Positions 40,706 to 52,359 of a stretch of DNA of 64,000 nt are shown piece after piece; position 1 is the first letter of the stretch; each line of letters begins with the position of its first letter. The stretch is taken from contig NC_068982.1 of the NCBI RefSeq assembly GCF_001194135.2, positions 73,317,815-73,381,814 on the forward strand, read 5' to 3'. Origin of the DNA: Octopus bimaculoides. Its lineage: Eukaryota. The notes under the pieces were generated by a model. The model saw only the letters and a program-made list of their open reading frames with translations. It ran no database searches and was not told where the DNA came from. A program made the translations under genes and the position numbers.

Positions 40706-41007
40706 AGGTTGTATCAAACAGTTGCGATGAGGTTATCCAGTTCCAGAAAGAGTAATGTAACCATGCCCGTCGCTAAGGGGATACACTAGACGGTACTGCC
40801 CCTTCACTATTCAATGGTGCACCTTCGGATTTATTCCACTTTAGTGACTCCACTTTAGCGTTATTACAAATTAGTGTCCACCCAGAATATTCCGAAGCAC
40901 CTCCGGGCGCCCAAGTCTGGCAACGGGTCTGGATGTACCAACAACAATGAGTCTTTCTGGCACTTTCTTTTTCTTTCTCTTTCATGGAGGTAGCAAAGCA
41001 TTCAGCG

Positions 41008-41062
41008 ATTTATTGCCTACTTGTAAAACAGCCAACAGGTTTACTTCGCTCAAGCAACTGCT
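41008..41062 (-). other. Candidate terminal exon with AATAAA
   Basis: Acceptor tcctttgtactttgttcttgctgtag|, with AATAAA at 41008-41013 on the minus strand. Confidence 0.3.
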
Positions 41063-41750
41063 CTACAGCAAGAACAAAGTACAAAGGACACAATGCTTAT
41101 TATCTTTTCTCGAGGTGTGTTAGTATAAAGCTTTGGCTAAAACATCGGTGTACTATCAGGTTCTACCCTACTATGCATGGGATAACAAGCAATGGAGGAG
41201 GAGGAGGAGGAGGGTGTGAAGGGGAGGATGGGGAAGAAGAAGAAGAGTATGGCATGGGTTCTTTGTCATCAGAGATCTGAAACACATACAGACGTACACA
41301 CACGCACACGCACACATATACACACACCACAGACACACACATATACACACGCACATGAACGCATATATACCTCCCACACACACAACACACTCATACATAC
41401 ATGCACACAATTACACATATACGGGCATATCTACACGCACAGGAACGCACATATAACTCCACACAAATCCCACGCACACACACGCAGATACACCACACAC
41501 AAAACACGCACACACACACACACACAACATATACGTGCACGCACACATACTTCAAACTGCCAGTCAAATACCTTTCTACTGACCATTCCTCTACGCACAT
41601 GTGAAGAGATACACAACTACATGTTACCATGCTGCTGAATTCTTCCTACAACATTAACAGACACAAAGTTCACTCCCACATACACATATAAACAGCCAAC
41701 ACCACACACATCACACACACACATGCTATTACACACATACACAGACTTAC

Positions 41751-41822
41751 CTCCTTCTCTCATTCTTGCGCTTTGCACCAGAGGTCTTCCGTGACAGCCC
41801 AGCAGCTTTCTTGGGTGACATT
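41751..41822 (-). other. Candidate 72-nt internal exon
   Basis: Acceptor ttttccatttcattacag| and donor GAG|gtaagt. Two frames are open (MSPKKAAGLSRKTSGAKRKNERR, or CHPRKLLGCHGRPLVQSARMREG). No homology recognised. Confidence 0.4.
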
Positions 41823-42167
41823 CTGTAATGAAATGGAAAATATGACGTTGCAACTACTTGTAGTGGATATGTATCTTGTCGTAGTGAGTTGGTCTGTTGG
41901 GTTTGAATAAACTGCAGAGACTCGGTAATCGGAGTATAATTCATGTATTTAGCATAAATGATACTGCGTTGATCGGACATCGAAACATATCACTACATTA
42001 CAAACGTGTATAACTAGCTACGAGTTATATGCAGAGAAAGCATGTATTTGGTTCAGCTTGGTTGATAGCAGTGAAAACCGCTGTTCTGGGTCGTTGCATA
42101 TCTTGGCTGAGTTGATAGCAGTTAAAACCGCTGTTAGTACGTGCGAGTCAGAAACTAGATTCAGACT

Positions 42168-42559
42168 TAAATCTTTATTATGATCACTACGGATCGAACA
42201 TAGATGAGGACAGCACAGCCCTCAAAAGAGCCATCCGTCTTGAGTCCATTAGATTTAGCAAACAGCTAAGTTTAGATAGGACTAGACTAGAGGGTGACTT
42301 AGTCAAGAGCCTAGACGAGGCAATGGAATCTGGCTCCGCACCTGGAGTGGTGGCGGCGAGAACGGTCCTGTACCGTCACCTCAATGCCAAACATGAAGAG
42401 TGCCGAGTTAGAGAGCTAAGGTACGCGCCGGGAAAAGAGAAGGTATTAACGTAGCCAGATGGGCTTGTCATGTGGAGTGTCAGAAAGGCAAAAAGTCCTG
42501 TATTGAGTCGCAAGATCTATGGACAGGAGGAGATGCGAAAGGTTTTTCACCAGCATTTT
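42168..42559 (+). mobile_element. Internal L1/Tx1-clade ORF2 fragment between 16-bp direct repeats
   Basis: LKRAIRLESIRFSKQLSLD..LVKSLDEAMESGSAPGVVAAR..HLNAKHEECRVR..EEMRKVFHQHF resembles the APE-RT linker. AAACTAGATTCAGACT occurs at 42152-42167 and 42560-42575. Confidence 0.6.
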
Positions 42560-43393
42560 AAACTAGATTCAGACTGCCCATCTACTGTTCCGAGTTGTAT
42601 TTATAGTTAACAGCAAGGTAGACGATCTAATTTTAGCTATGGTGAAATTCTGCTGCTGCTTTACAAAAAGGGCGCCAATTTAAGGTTTTCACTAAAGGAG
42701 CTGTCAATCTATTTTTAGCTATGATAAAATCTTAACTAACTCAATTTACGGCTATAAGGTGTCCGTTACATACTAGTGGATTACCGACCTTACTAAATTT
42801 TATTTAATTGTTGTACTATAGCTTTTCTCGCTTACGAGTCGAATTCTGCCAAGAATATCTAAAATCTATACTAATATTCTCGGCCCTATGTGTGTGTGTC
42901 TCTCTCTCTCTCTCTTCTGACCAAACCAATGGACCAAATCGAACCAATATAGACCGTAGGCAAGGTAATGTACCGAGGAGTGTTCTTAGCATAGTCCGGT
43001 TACTATCGGACTTCCGACTGGTGAGATAACCTCTTAATTTCATCTAATCCGAACACGCCAACATTCTTCTTTCGTATAAATCACAAATTGAATACCAACA
43101 ATTGAATATCTGAAAAACTGACACGCCTCCAAAACACAAAACCCAGGACACTCCTTCCAGAACCAACAACCGCAGAAGAGAAGTGATTGACATAACTGCC
43201 CCGCAACGAAACCTAAAGCTCATTAAAACATCAAGAATATCCATTTGTACTTTTCGATTTTTGTTCGCCCGCCAAAATTAACCGATTCGAGTTGAAACTT
43301 AATGATGCAAGGGAGACAACCTCAACAAAACTGTGTGCTTAGCCATTGCATAGTTGGCGGTTATCACTCGGATAGTTATTACTAAACTATCAA

Positions 43394-43585
43394 GGCGGCG
43401 AGCTGGCAGAATCGTTAGCGCGCTGGCCCGTCGCTGCGTTGAGTTCAAATTCCGCAGAGGTAGACTTTTCTTTCATCCCTTCTGGGTCGATAATTAAGTG
43501 CCAGTGTAACACTAGAGTCGATATAATCGACTAGCCCCCATTCTCAAAATTTGAGGCCCTGTACCTATAGCAAAAAGGATTACCA
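43394..43585 (+). mobile_element. SINE family A copy with an internal deletion between the A and B boxes
   Basis: ggcggcgagctggcagaatcgttagcgcgc..gagttcaaattccgc; shorter than the 21277 copy in this interval. Confidence 0.85.
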
Positions 43586-45200
43586 TTAACCTATCGGTTT
43601 AATTCTAGGTCGAAAGGCAATACGGTCAGTACGAATGGCTATTGTTTCTAGCAAGCACGATGTTTTTGGGAGTGGGTACCCTAGTTTGAGGACGTAAATT
43701 TGCAGTAGCCCGACTATTAAGCGTAGCACTGGTGTGCCGCCCCTACTTCTTCCAAGCAAAGCGCGAAGTCCAGTCAAGCGTCGCTCGATGTTGGTATTCC
43801 AGCTAAATCTCTGAAATTGACGAGGTCGTGGCTACAATACTTTTTCATGAAAAGCTTTAATTTAGATAACTATTATGTTTATAAGCTTTTCTTCCTGCTA
43901 AATCTAATAAACCGCCTTTTTTTTAAACGCCATTGTTCACGTTCGTTACATTTATTTCATACCTTAAAGATATGAAAATGATTGGAGCCAGCTGTTGTCT
44001 AGTCGTGGTCCAAATTTCACCGTTCGCAAATAACCTGAAAGTCGAAAAATATGGTGAATGTTGATCATGCAGTCTTATTTGTTCAAGTCTTTAACGCCCT
44101 AGATTTTTCCCGCTTTGGGTTGTTCATACCAAAGACTATCGTTTTGTTTTGTGTTGTTTTTTTCGAAAGGACTGGTTTGCCTATTTCTAGTAAGGTGGAA
44201 CGTGTAAAACGAATGTCAAATGGTGTAAATGCGACTTCGATTTAAAAGCCTCGTTTCTTGAAACCAGAGCCCTTGGTACGAACTACCCAAGATTTGGCTT
44301 ATTATAAGCAAGTATTGAGTAAACTGACCAGCCAAATCGACACCCGAGCATTTCTTAGGTGCCTGCAAGAGATGATCAGCCTATGGGTGATGGTCTCATG
44401 GGTTAAACTAGAAAAATGCAATTGCGGTTTCTTTTCCTACTGTATGTGTCGAGTCCATAGAACGATTTATACACTGAACATAGCCTTCATGAAAAGCCAT
44501 TCCAGCTGTAACTTATCTCACTCTTGTCCCTGAAAACCTAACATGCAGAACTAAACAGTCAAAGGTTGAACGCAGAAGTGGAAGGTTAACACCAATAATA
44601 TACATCAAGGTTAAACACTTCTTCATTCAGTAAAATTACAAGTAATTGCTCCATTTCTGAAATAGACGGTTAGTTTTAGCAAAGTTTCAAAGGACAATAT
44701 TTATATAGCGTAAATGTCACTGCAACAAAAATTCTGAAAAACAAAGGCTGCAGGATTCTGAAAAGTACAATAATCCCTCGCCATGCGTCGATTCCTCTGG
44801 TGTTTTTGCATTTATAAAACATATACAAATTTTTAAAATATAGAAAAACAATTTTGGAACGTAACACCCGCGATAGTCGAGGGATTACTATATCAATAAA
44901 AAGCGTGCGAAAAAAACAACAGAAACGAATTTAGCTTAAATGAAGTTTTATATATATATATATAGATCTTTGAAGAGCGATTTGAAAAGTTCAGAAACCA
45001 AACCAAAACACGCTCGATTAATGACAAATGAATATTTACAGATGAAAAATGTATGAATGTTAATAAAGTTCATGATGGGGCTGATGAGGCGATTGTGGAA
45101 ATGGTGTTTGATGAATGAGTTGAAGCATTGATGACAATTATTTTATACAATTAGATATTTACAAGTCTGTAATAAAGTCTTTTTTTTTTGTAAAGTTCAT

Positions 45201-45776
45201 TTACTTTTTCTTGGCTGCACCCTTCTTGACAGGCTTCTTCTTGGGGGCGGTTTTCTTAACGGCGGTTTTCTTAACAGCGGGTTTCTTAACAGTTGTCTTC
45301 TTAGCTTTCTTTGGGCTTTTAGTTTTCGTGGCTGTTTTCTTAGCTGCCTTCTTTGGTGTGCTTTTCTTTGCTTTCTTGGCGCCACCTTTCTTAGCGGCTG
45401 GCTTAACTTTCTTCACTTTTGGTTTAGAAGTTGTCGGCTTCTTCTTCTTGGTCTCTTCTTTTTTACCAGCAACTTTAAAAGAACCAGAAGCTCCAGTTCC
45501 TCTCGGCTGTTTCAGAGTATTGTTGGCGACACCTCTCCTAATCGCCATTTTAATTTGTTTCAGGACGACATTATCTTGGATAGATACGCTGTAGTTGGCA
45601 CCAATGTATTTGACGATCGCCTGGCGAGAGAGACCCTTTCTTTCTCCGCTCTTCACAATGGCTTCCTTAATCATATCACTGTAGGGAGGATGGCTCGAAG
45701 TTTTCTTTACCTTCTTTGCTTTTTTAGCTTTGGGAGCAGCGGGAGCGGGAGCGGCTGGTGCAGCAGCATCAGACAT
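45201..45776 (-). CDS. H1: Linker histone H1 (191 aa, intronless; H1.0/H1-delta-like, probably replication-independent)
   Basis: Complete ATG..TAA ORF. Ala/Pro/Lys-rich N-tail, then a winged-helix globular domain (HPPYSDMIKEAI...RQAIVKYI..NY...QIKMAIRRGV...LKQPRGTGASGSFKV), then a Lys/Ala/Pro-rich C-tail with S/TPKK motifs. Confidence 0.97.
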   Translation of the reverse strand: MSDAAAPAAPAPAAPKAKKAKKVKKTSSHPPYSDMIKEAIVKSGERKGLSRQAIVKYIGANYSVSIQDNVVLKQIKMAIRRGVANNTLKQPRGTGASGSFKVAGKKEETKKKKPTTSKPKVKKVKPAAKKGGAKKAKKSTPKKAAKKTATKTKSPKKAKKTTVKKPAVKKTAVKKTAPKKKPVKKGAAKKK

Positions 45777-45973
45777 GATTGATCAGTTAATAGATATATA
45801 TGTAGAAAAATGAAAATCCTNNNNNNNNNNATTGATCAGTTTAGATATATATGTAGAAAAATGAAAATCCTTTGGTGAGGACCAAAATTCGGATTACGAA
45901 GCTGCTTGGTAAGTTTACAAGAACAAACGTCAAGTGATTGGCATAAGTTTATCACTTCGTAACGTTGAACGCT

Positions 45974-46066
45974 TATTTATACATTACGCGCGGACGTAGT
46001 AGTAATCACATCAACAGTGCGACCACCAACTACAAATATGGCAGCCAAAATATCACAACTGTGTTT
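45974..46066 (-). promoter_or_regulatory. H1 proximal promoter: H1/AC box (AAACACA, 46060-46066), GTCCG element and TATA box (TATAAATA, 45974-45981)
   Basis: On the minus strand AAACACA lies about 80 bp upstream of TATAAATA, with CGTCCGCGCG just before the TATA. The order and spacing match established H1 promoter architecture. No CCAAT lies between the two boxes. Confidence 0.7.
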
Positions 46067-47208
46067 TTTGTCTATATGTTTCTGGTGTAAACTACTGGAA
46101 CTTCTTAACAAAACCTAACCAATTCACTGATAATCTAAAGAAAAGACATGTGGCTACATTTTACCGTAGAAATTCTGTTTCAGAGACACTTCTGGCATAT
46201 AATATTACCATAAATATGTTGTGTTGTCTACTCCGAAAAATTACAGTAGGCTACAATCAAGGCCAAATTTTAAGCTTTTTATTGATCCGTTCAAATTTTT
46301 TTAAGTTAAAATTCCAAAGAATGGTAATATCTGATATTTGTTTTTGTAAATTCATTCTCCTAGATGACAATTCAAGTCAGATACGAGGGGTCTGATTGCA
46401 TCAACAAACACAATTTTTAGATACCGATCCGCCATTTTCTCTTTTAACAATTTTCAGTCGATAAAAATATTGTCTTAATATTTTGCTAAAAACATCATTT
46501 TTGGCCTTAAGTAGTAACACGATTGTATTTTTTTTTATGTTTCTTATGTAAAAGGTTAAATAAATTTATTATTATGTACCTTTAGTCAGTTTTAATGACC
46601 AGAAACCTGGCTTATACTTCACATACACTGCAAACAACACAGTACATAGACGTAACCAGCTAAGTTCAAATATGTCACAAAATTTTTCTGTTATAAATTA
46701 ATAAATTGTTTCAAAATATATTTTCATTATAGAAAGTGATTGTTGAGTGTCTTCCTCTTTTCTCTAGTATTTCATTCAATTGCATATTTTTTACAGATTT
46801 ACAGTGAAAGCAACGTATTCGTGTATATTGTATTTTTCCGACTGAAGAGAGACAAAACTTAGTTTTCATCCATGGTATCGTCAGTCTTCTATAATTAAAA
46901 CCACTTTATTTTTCGAATGATTTCTCTAGTTATAAGCAAATTATTTTCACATATTATTTTTCACTGCTATAATAAATTGTTGTAGAACTCAAGTCAGCAT
47001 TTAAATTATTTACAAAGACTAATTAATTAGCCAAAGATTTTGAGATCTACAAACATTGTTTACCTCACTTTTACAAAGATATCTTCTACTCTATAATTTG
47101 GTTACATTTCCATACTCTCTGGATCCAGTGTTATTTCACTGAAAATGAGACAAATATAATAGGAAATACTGGATACATACATGCACACACATACATAAAT
47201 ATATATCC

Positions 47209-47243
<35 letters not shown>

Positions 47244-47414
47244 CACACACACATAAATATGTATACATCTATACATACATATACATTAATGTATACATAC
47301 GTACATATGTATACATGTATATATATGTGTGTATACATATATATATGTACATATATAATGTGTGTATATATATATATGTGTGTGTGTGTGCATATATATA
47401 TGGGTGTGTGCGTG

Positions 47415-47453
<39 letters not shown>

Positions 47454-47684
47454 ACAAACATATTTATGGTATGCAGGTAAGGTTATAATCAAAGGTGTGT
47501 CCTCAAGAAGCACTTCTGCATTTTCCAGTACTCCAAGGTACATGTGTGCTTGTTATATTTTACATGAGAGTTGAAAATACTAGAAAATACCTTTTGCAGA
47601 GTAATTACATATGAAAAGAAAAGCTTGAGGAAATTCTGGTTTTATTTATTTCGCAATACAGGTTTCATTACTGCGTGTGTGTGT

Positions 47685-47820
47685 GCGTTAGGAAGGATAT
47701 CCAGCTGTAGAAACCATGCCAAAACAGACATGGAGCCTGGGCAGCTCTTCAGCTGGCCAGTTCCTGTCAAACTGTCCAACCCATGGATGCATGGAAAATG
47801 GACATTAAATGATGATGATA
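47685..47820 (+). mobile_element. RTE 3'-end fragment
   Basis: gcgttaggaagg..tccagctgtagaaacc..aaatgatgatgat matches 62600-62740. Confidence 0.8.
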
Positions 47821-47826
47821 ATAGTT

Positions 47827-48605
47827 ATCATCATCATCGTTTAACGTCCGCTTTCCTTGCTAGCATAGCTTGGACGATTTGACTGAGGACTAACAAGCCA
47901 GAAGGCTGCAGCAGGCTCCAATCTGATCTGGCAGAGTTTCTACAGCTGGATGCCCTTCCTAACGCCAACCACTCAGAGAGTGTAGTGGGTGCTTTTACAT
48001 GCCACTGGCACAAGGACCAGTCAGACGGTACTGGCAACGGCCATGCTCAAGTGGTGTTTTTTACGTGCCACCCGCACAGGAGCCAGTCCAGCGGTACTGG
48101 CAACAACCTTGCTCAAATGTTTTTTCACATGCCACCAGCACAAGTGCCAGTAAGGCAATACTGGTAATGATCACGTTCAAATAGCACTTTCTACGTGCCA
48201 CCGGCACGGAAGCCAGTTAGCTGCTCTAGCAGCGATCACGCTCAGATGGTGCTCTTAACGCTCCACTGGCACAGGTGCCAGTCATCGAATTTGATTTGAT
48301 TTCGATTTCACTTGCCTCAACAGGTCTTCGCAATCAGAGTTTACTGTCCAATGAAGGAAAGGTACGCATAAGTGGGCTGGTTACACCCTTGGCATAGGCC
48401 ACGGGTTATGGTCTCACTTGGCTTGCCAAGTCTTCTCATGCACTGCATATTTCCAAAGGTCTCAGTCACTAGTCATTGCCTCGGTGAGGCCTAATGTTCA
48501 AAGGTCGTGCTTCACCATCTCATCCCAGGTCTTCCTGAGTCTACCTCTTCCACAGGTTCCCTCAACCGCTAGGGTATGGCACTTTTTCACACAGCTATCC
48601 TCATC
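47827..48605 (-). mobile_element. 5'-truncated RTE LINE, same family as 61435-62740
   Basis: MDEDSCVKKCHTLAVEGTCGRGRLRKTWDEMVKHDL at 48480-48605, tandem units in the 3' UTR, and a (GAT)n tail at 47827. Confidence 0.85.
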
Positions 48606-49077
48606 CATATATGTTTACATTACTTAGGTAGGGAAAAATCCAAGTTGTGTTCTCTTGAAGCATATCTGCTTATTCCAGTTTTACAATTCTGTATGTAGTA
48701 GTTATTGTTGATGTGAGGTAGATATTAGAGTTGAAAATTTTGGAAATATTGTTTGCAAAGTTATATAACAAAACAAGAATCTGGAAAATTTTTTGGTATT
48801 ATTTATTCACTATTACATATGTTTCTTTTGCTAACAGGAATCACAAATTTCCTAATAAAAAAATCATCATACAGAGAATCAAATAGTACAAAATATATAT
48901 TTGGATGTTTTGTATGGGACATGAGCATGGCTGTATGGTAGGAAGTTTACTTCCCGACCACATTGCTGAAGATTCAAAGTCACAGAAAACATGAATGAAA
49001 CAATAACACTCCCACCAACACACCATGCACCACGATGGCTAAAGACAGAAGGGAAAAGAAAAAGACATCCAACAGTA

Positions 49078-50427
49078 CAGGGTGTTTCAAAAGTCTGAGT
49101 CACATCATGACACTGTATATCTTAATAACTATTGAGGATATCAAAACATAATTCATATTTCCTGAAAGCTAACATTTCCACATTTCAATACGAGTTTTTA
49201 CAGGTGTTCAATGTGTGCAAGGAAGGTTACACAACACTCATCCAAACAATAATCCAACTCTTGCCAAACGCAACGAGTCATAGCATTGTTGATGTTATTC
49301 AGTTATTGTTGATGTTCAGTTATTTGTGTCTTCAAATCATCCATGTCTCTGAGAAGGGGAGATATGTACATGAGGCCTTTCACATATCCCTAGAGGAAGA
49401 AGTTACATGGTGTAAGGTCTGGAGACCTAGGTGGCCATTACAGGAACATTCAATCAGTCTGTCTGGAACATCTGACCCATTTGTCAGGCAGAGTGGTGTT
49501 CAGATACTGCCTAACTTTAAGACTCCAGTGCGGTGGTGCCCCATCCTGTTGGAAAATGAAGTCAGCAGACTCCTCCTCATGCAATTTTTCCATCAACCAG
49601 TTTTGCAGCATGGCAAGGTACGCTTCACCATTGACTGTTCCTTCTTCAAAGAAGAATAGTTCATACACACGTTTCTTTGACATGGCACAGAACACATTTA
49701 CCTTAGGGGAATCTCGCACATGCTCAAGAGGCACATGAGGGTTCTCAGTTCCCCATATGTGTGTGTTATGCTTGTCAACTTTGCCACTTACATGGAAGGC
49801 TGCCTCATCGCTAAAAACAAGTTGGTCATCAAATCTGCCTTCTTCCAACCTCTCTAGCATTTCTGCGCAAAATTCATGGTGAATAGGTTTACCAGTGTCC
49901 TTCAGCTGTTGAGCCAATTGCAGTTTGTATGGTGTGAACTGCAACCATCTCCTTAAGACATGCCAAACAGTTGTTGATGGGAGCTGAAGTTCTCAACTCT
50001 GACTGATTTCTGAGGACTGCATTGGAAGGCTTGCTGAATTAGTTCAACTGTATCATTTGAAGTTGAGAGGCATCCTGTTCTCTTTGCTGGGCACAAACAC
50101 CCCTCCTTCTTAAATTTTGCATGCCAGTTCAAAATGGTATGTCTGTTTGGTGTCTGCTTGGTAAACGTATGAAATTTGCATTGAACACATGTCCATGATG
50201 CAGTTTTATATTCTATGACACAAAACAACTTCTCTTGTTTTGTGAATGACATTGCTGGATCAGAAAAGCGACAAAAACAAAATTAGATTTAATTAATTAA
50301 ATTTAAATTAAATTAACTGGAAAACTTGACACTTTTAGCTTCTAAATGATACCAGTTCAGTCATGCTATCATTTGTAGTTCATGATATGAGTTCTTAGAA
50401 TGTGACATAGACTTTTGAAACACCCTG
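49078..50427 (-). mobile_element. Full-length (1350 bp) Tc1/mariner transposon related to DD41D rosa/Visitor; transposase pseudogenised
   Basis: TIRs CAGGGTGTTTCAAAAGTCT(GA/AT)GTCACAT at both ends with TA target duplication. Motifs VFSDEAAF, FQQDGAPPHW and WPPRSPDLTPCN. Stops and frameshifts present. Confidence 0.93.
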
Positions 50428-51059
50428 TATAATACATAAACCCATGTATACTCACACAAAAAGCACACATGCACATACTTATGATGAAATATAAGAAATA
50501 GAGATAAAGAAATAAATAGATGAGAAAAAAACATATAAAGGGCACAGATATAAATAATATAGTAATCAGACCCATATACACACATACAAAACACATAGAC
50601 AGGAGTACACACACTCATACACACACACATACACAAGCACATGCACACACACACACACACAAACGTGTGTGCGCACACACACACACAAATACACACATAC
50701 ACACACACAGATACAGACAAAAATGCATGTGTAGATAAGGATACACATCACAGAGAAACAGGAGGAAACACATAGATAGAAGGGCCACTGGAAAGGTCAC
50801 AAATGTGTGAAGAAAGATTTCCAGACAATGGACATAAGACAAAATAAGAACAATGATAAATGAGAGTGAAGAACAAATATATAGTGTGTGTGTTTGTTTG
50901 GCTAGAAAAAAAGTAAAAATGACCATCCCAAAATATAACAATATCTGTTTCAACACATGATTTCACATCAGGAATCTTGGAAAACAAATTTGTAAGCAAA
51001 ACAATAATCCATCTAAAAATAAAAGTATTTTAAAAAACCAAAGAATATCAAGTAGCCTA

Positions 51060-51804
51060 TAGCTGGGAGATAACAGTTTTCTGAAAGTAGCTACCCTCAG
51101 CTTCCACCATGCCCTGGAACCTGGAATATGCATTCCTCAATGTGTCCCTGGGAAGACTTTCAAACACCTTGATCTTGGCCACCAGCTTGGCTTTGGTGTT
51201 GCAAGCAGAGTTCCTGGTGTCTTTCTATCCATGTCACACATATAGTAATCCATAGGACCCAAATTTTCTCAATTAGAAGTTGTAGAAATTCTCCGACAAC
51301 CAATTCTGACACTTTCTGAAAGTATGGCAAAGAGCTGAATCTCACTGTAAGGGATATGGCCTTCAAGTAGCAATCCTCTTCAACAAGAGATTGAACAGCA
51401 GCTTTACATAGTGATCTGAATTAAGCTTAAAGTACTGTTCAATGATGTGAGGGTGAATGCTGGCATATAGACACTATCAGAATGCCTACTATATCCACTC
51501 CTGCTGATCATAGCTTTGTAGTCTCTGTTGCAGCTGCCCATGTCATGTCTTACAGCCTTTACAAAATTTGCAAAGTATTGACCAGCAGTCATGTTGTCAG
51601 CATATTGACACCCTATGTGAATCACCATGTAACACTTCTCCAATATTCATATGGTTTCCAGTCCTCTATTTTAGCTAACTTTTTCTCAACTACAACTTTA
51701 ATCTTTATGCTCCCCAATGCCAGTGACTGTTCTCCAATGCATCAAGCTGTTCCTGAGAAAATGAGACATTAAAAAAAATCACCAAATTTTACCCGAACAC
51801 CCTG
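51060..51804 (-). pseudogene. Second maT/DD37D-type remnant
   Basis: RPYPLQ*DSALCHTFRKCQNWLSENF, PMDYY and ACNTKAKLVAKIKVFESLPRDTLRNAYSRF. TIR-like TA|CAGGGTGTTCGGG at 51804. Confidence 0.75.
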
Positions 51805-51891
51805 TATATATATATCTATATNNNNNNNNNNNNNNNNNNNNNNNNNNNNNNNNNNNNNNNNNNNNNNNNNNNNNNNNNNNNNNNNNNNNNN

Positions 51892-52022
51892 TTTTAGGGA
51901 AAAGAACCAAGTTTCATGAACTCATCGATGAAAATCCACTATCACATATAGAAAAATTAATAATTAAAAGCACAATAAATGAGTATAATATAATACAAAG
52001 TAAATATCATAAGATAAAGATA
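51892..52022 (-). mobile_element. Second copy of the same Penelope 3' end
   Basis: Reverse complement closely matches about 55610-55740. Confidence 0.8.
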
Positions 52023-52359
52023 ATATATATATATATATATATATATGGGGCATAAAACTGACCATAATATTCTGACCAATTGCATGCTGTAATCAGGGAA
52101 TTGTACTGAGACGACTAATGCTTATGGTGTTGCTGTTAGACATGCCCTCAATCATACAGTAAACCAATCCCACCAGTTATAATACAGAAGTATCACAAGC
52201 AGTGACGGACTCTGATGACACACTAAAACTGCAGACAGAAAGACCTGAATGCAATATACAATGAGCTAGTAAAATTCAATGCTGGAAAGTTTTTCAGCAT
52301 TCTTCCATTGGTCCTCAAATAGATTGAAACCAAAATATACAGGACCAGGGAGTAGTGAA

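Noticed and set aside
45000-45200. Search for a histone 3' stem-loop or a nearby AATAAA after H1
   Set aside because: Neither was found in this interval. The 11-A run just after the stop is genomic and could cause internal oligo-dT priming, so it is not evidence of a retrocopy.
45211-45594. 127-aa hydrophobic ORF on the plus strand
   Set aside because: Antisense shadow of the Lys-rich H1 tail codons.
45777-45871. Apparent 44-bp tandem duplication in the H1 5' UTR
   Set aside because: The two copies flank a 10-N gap, the typical signature of overlapping contig ends in scaffolding.
47990-48290. Regularly spaced repeats with variable spacers, superficially CRISPR-like (also 62200-62500)
   Set aside because: They are diverged tandem units within an RTE LINE 3' UTR in eukaryotic DNA; no cas genes and no invariant repeat.
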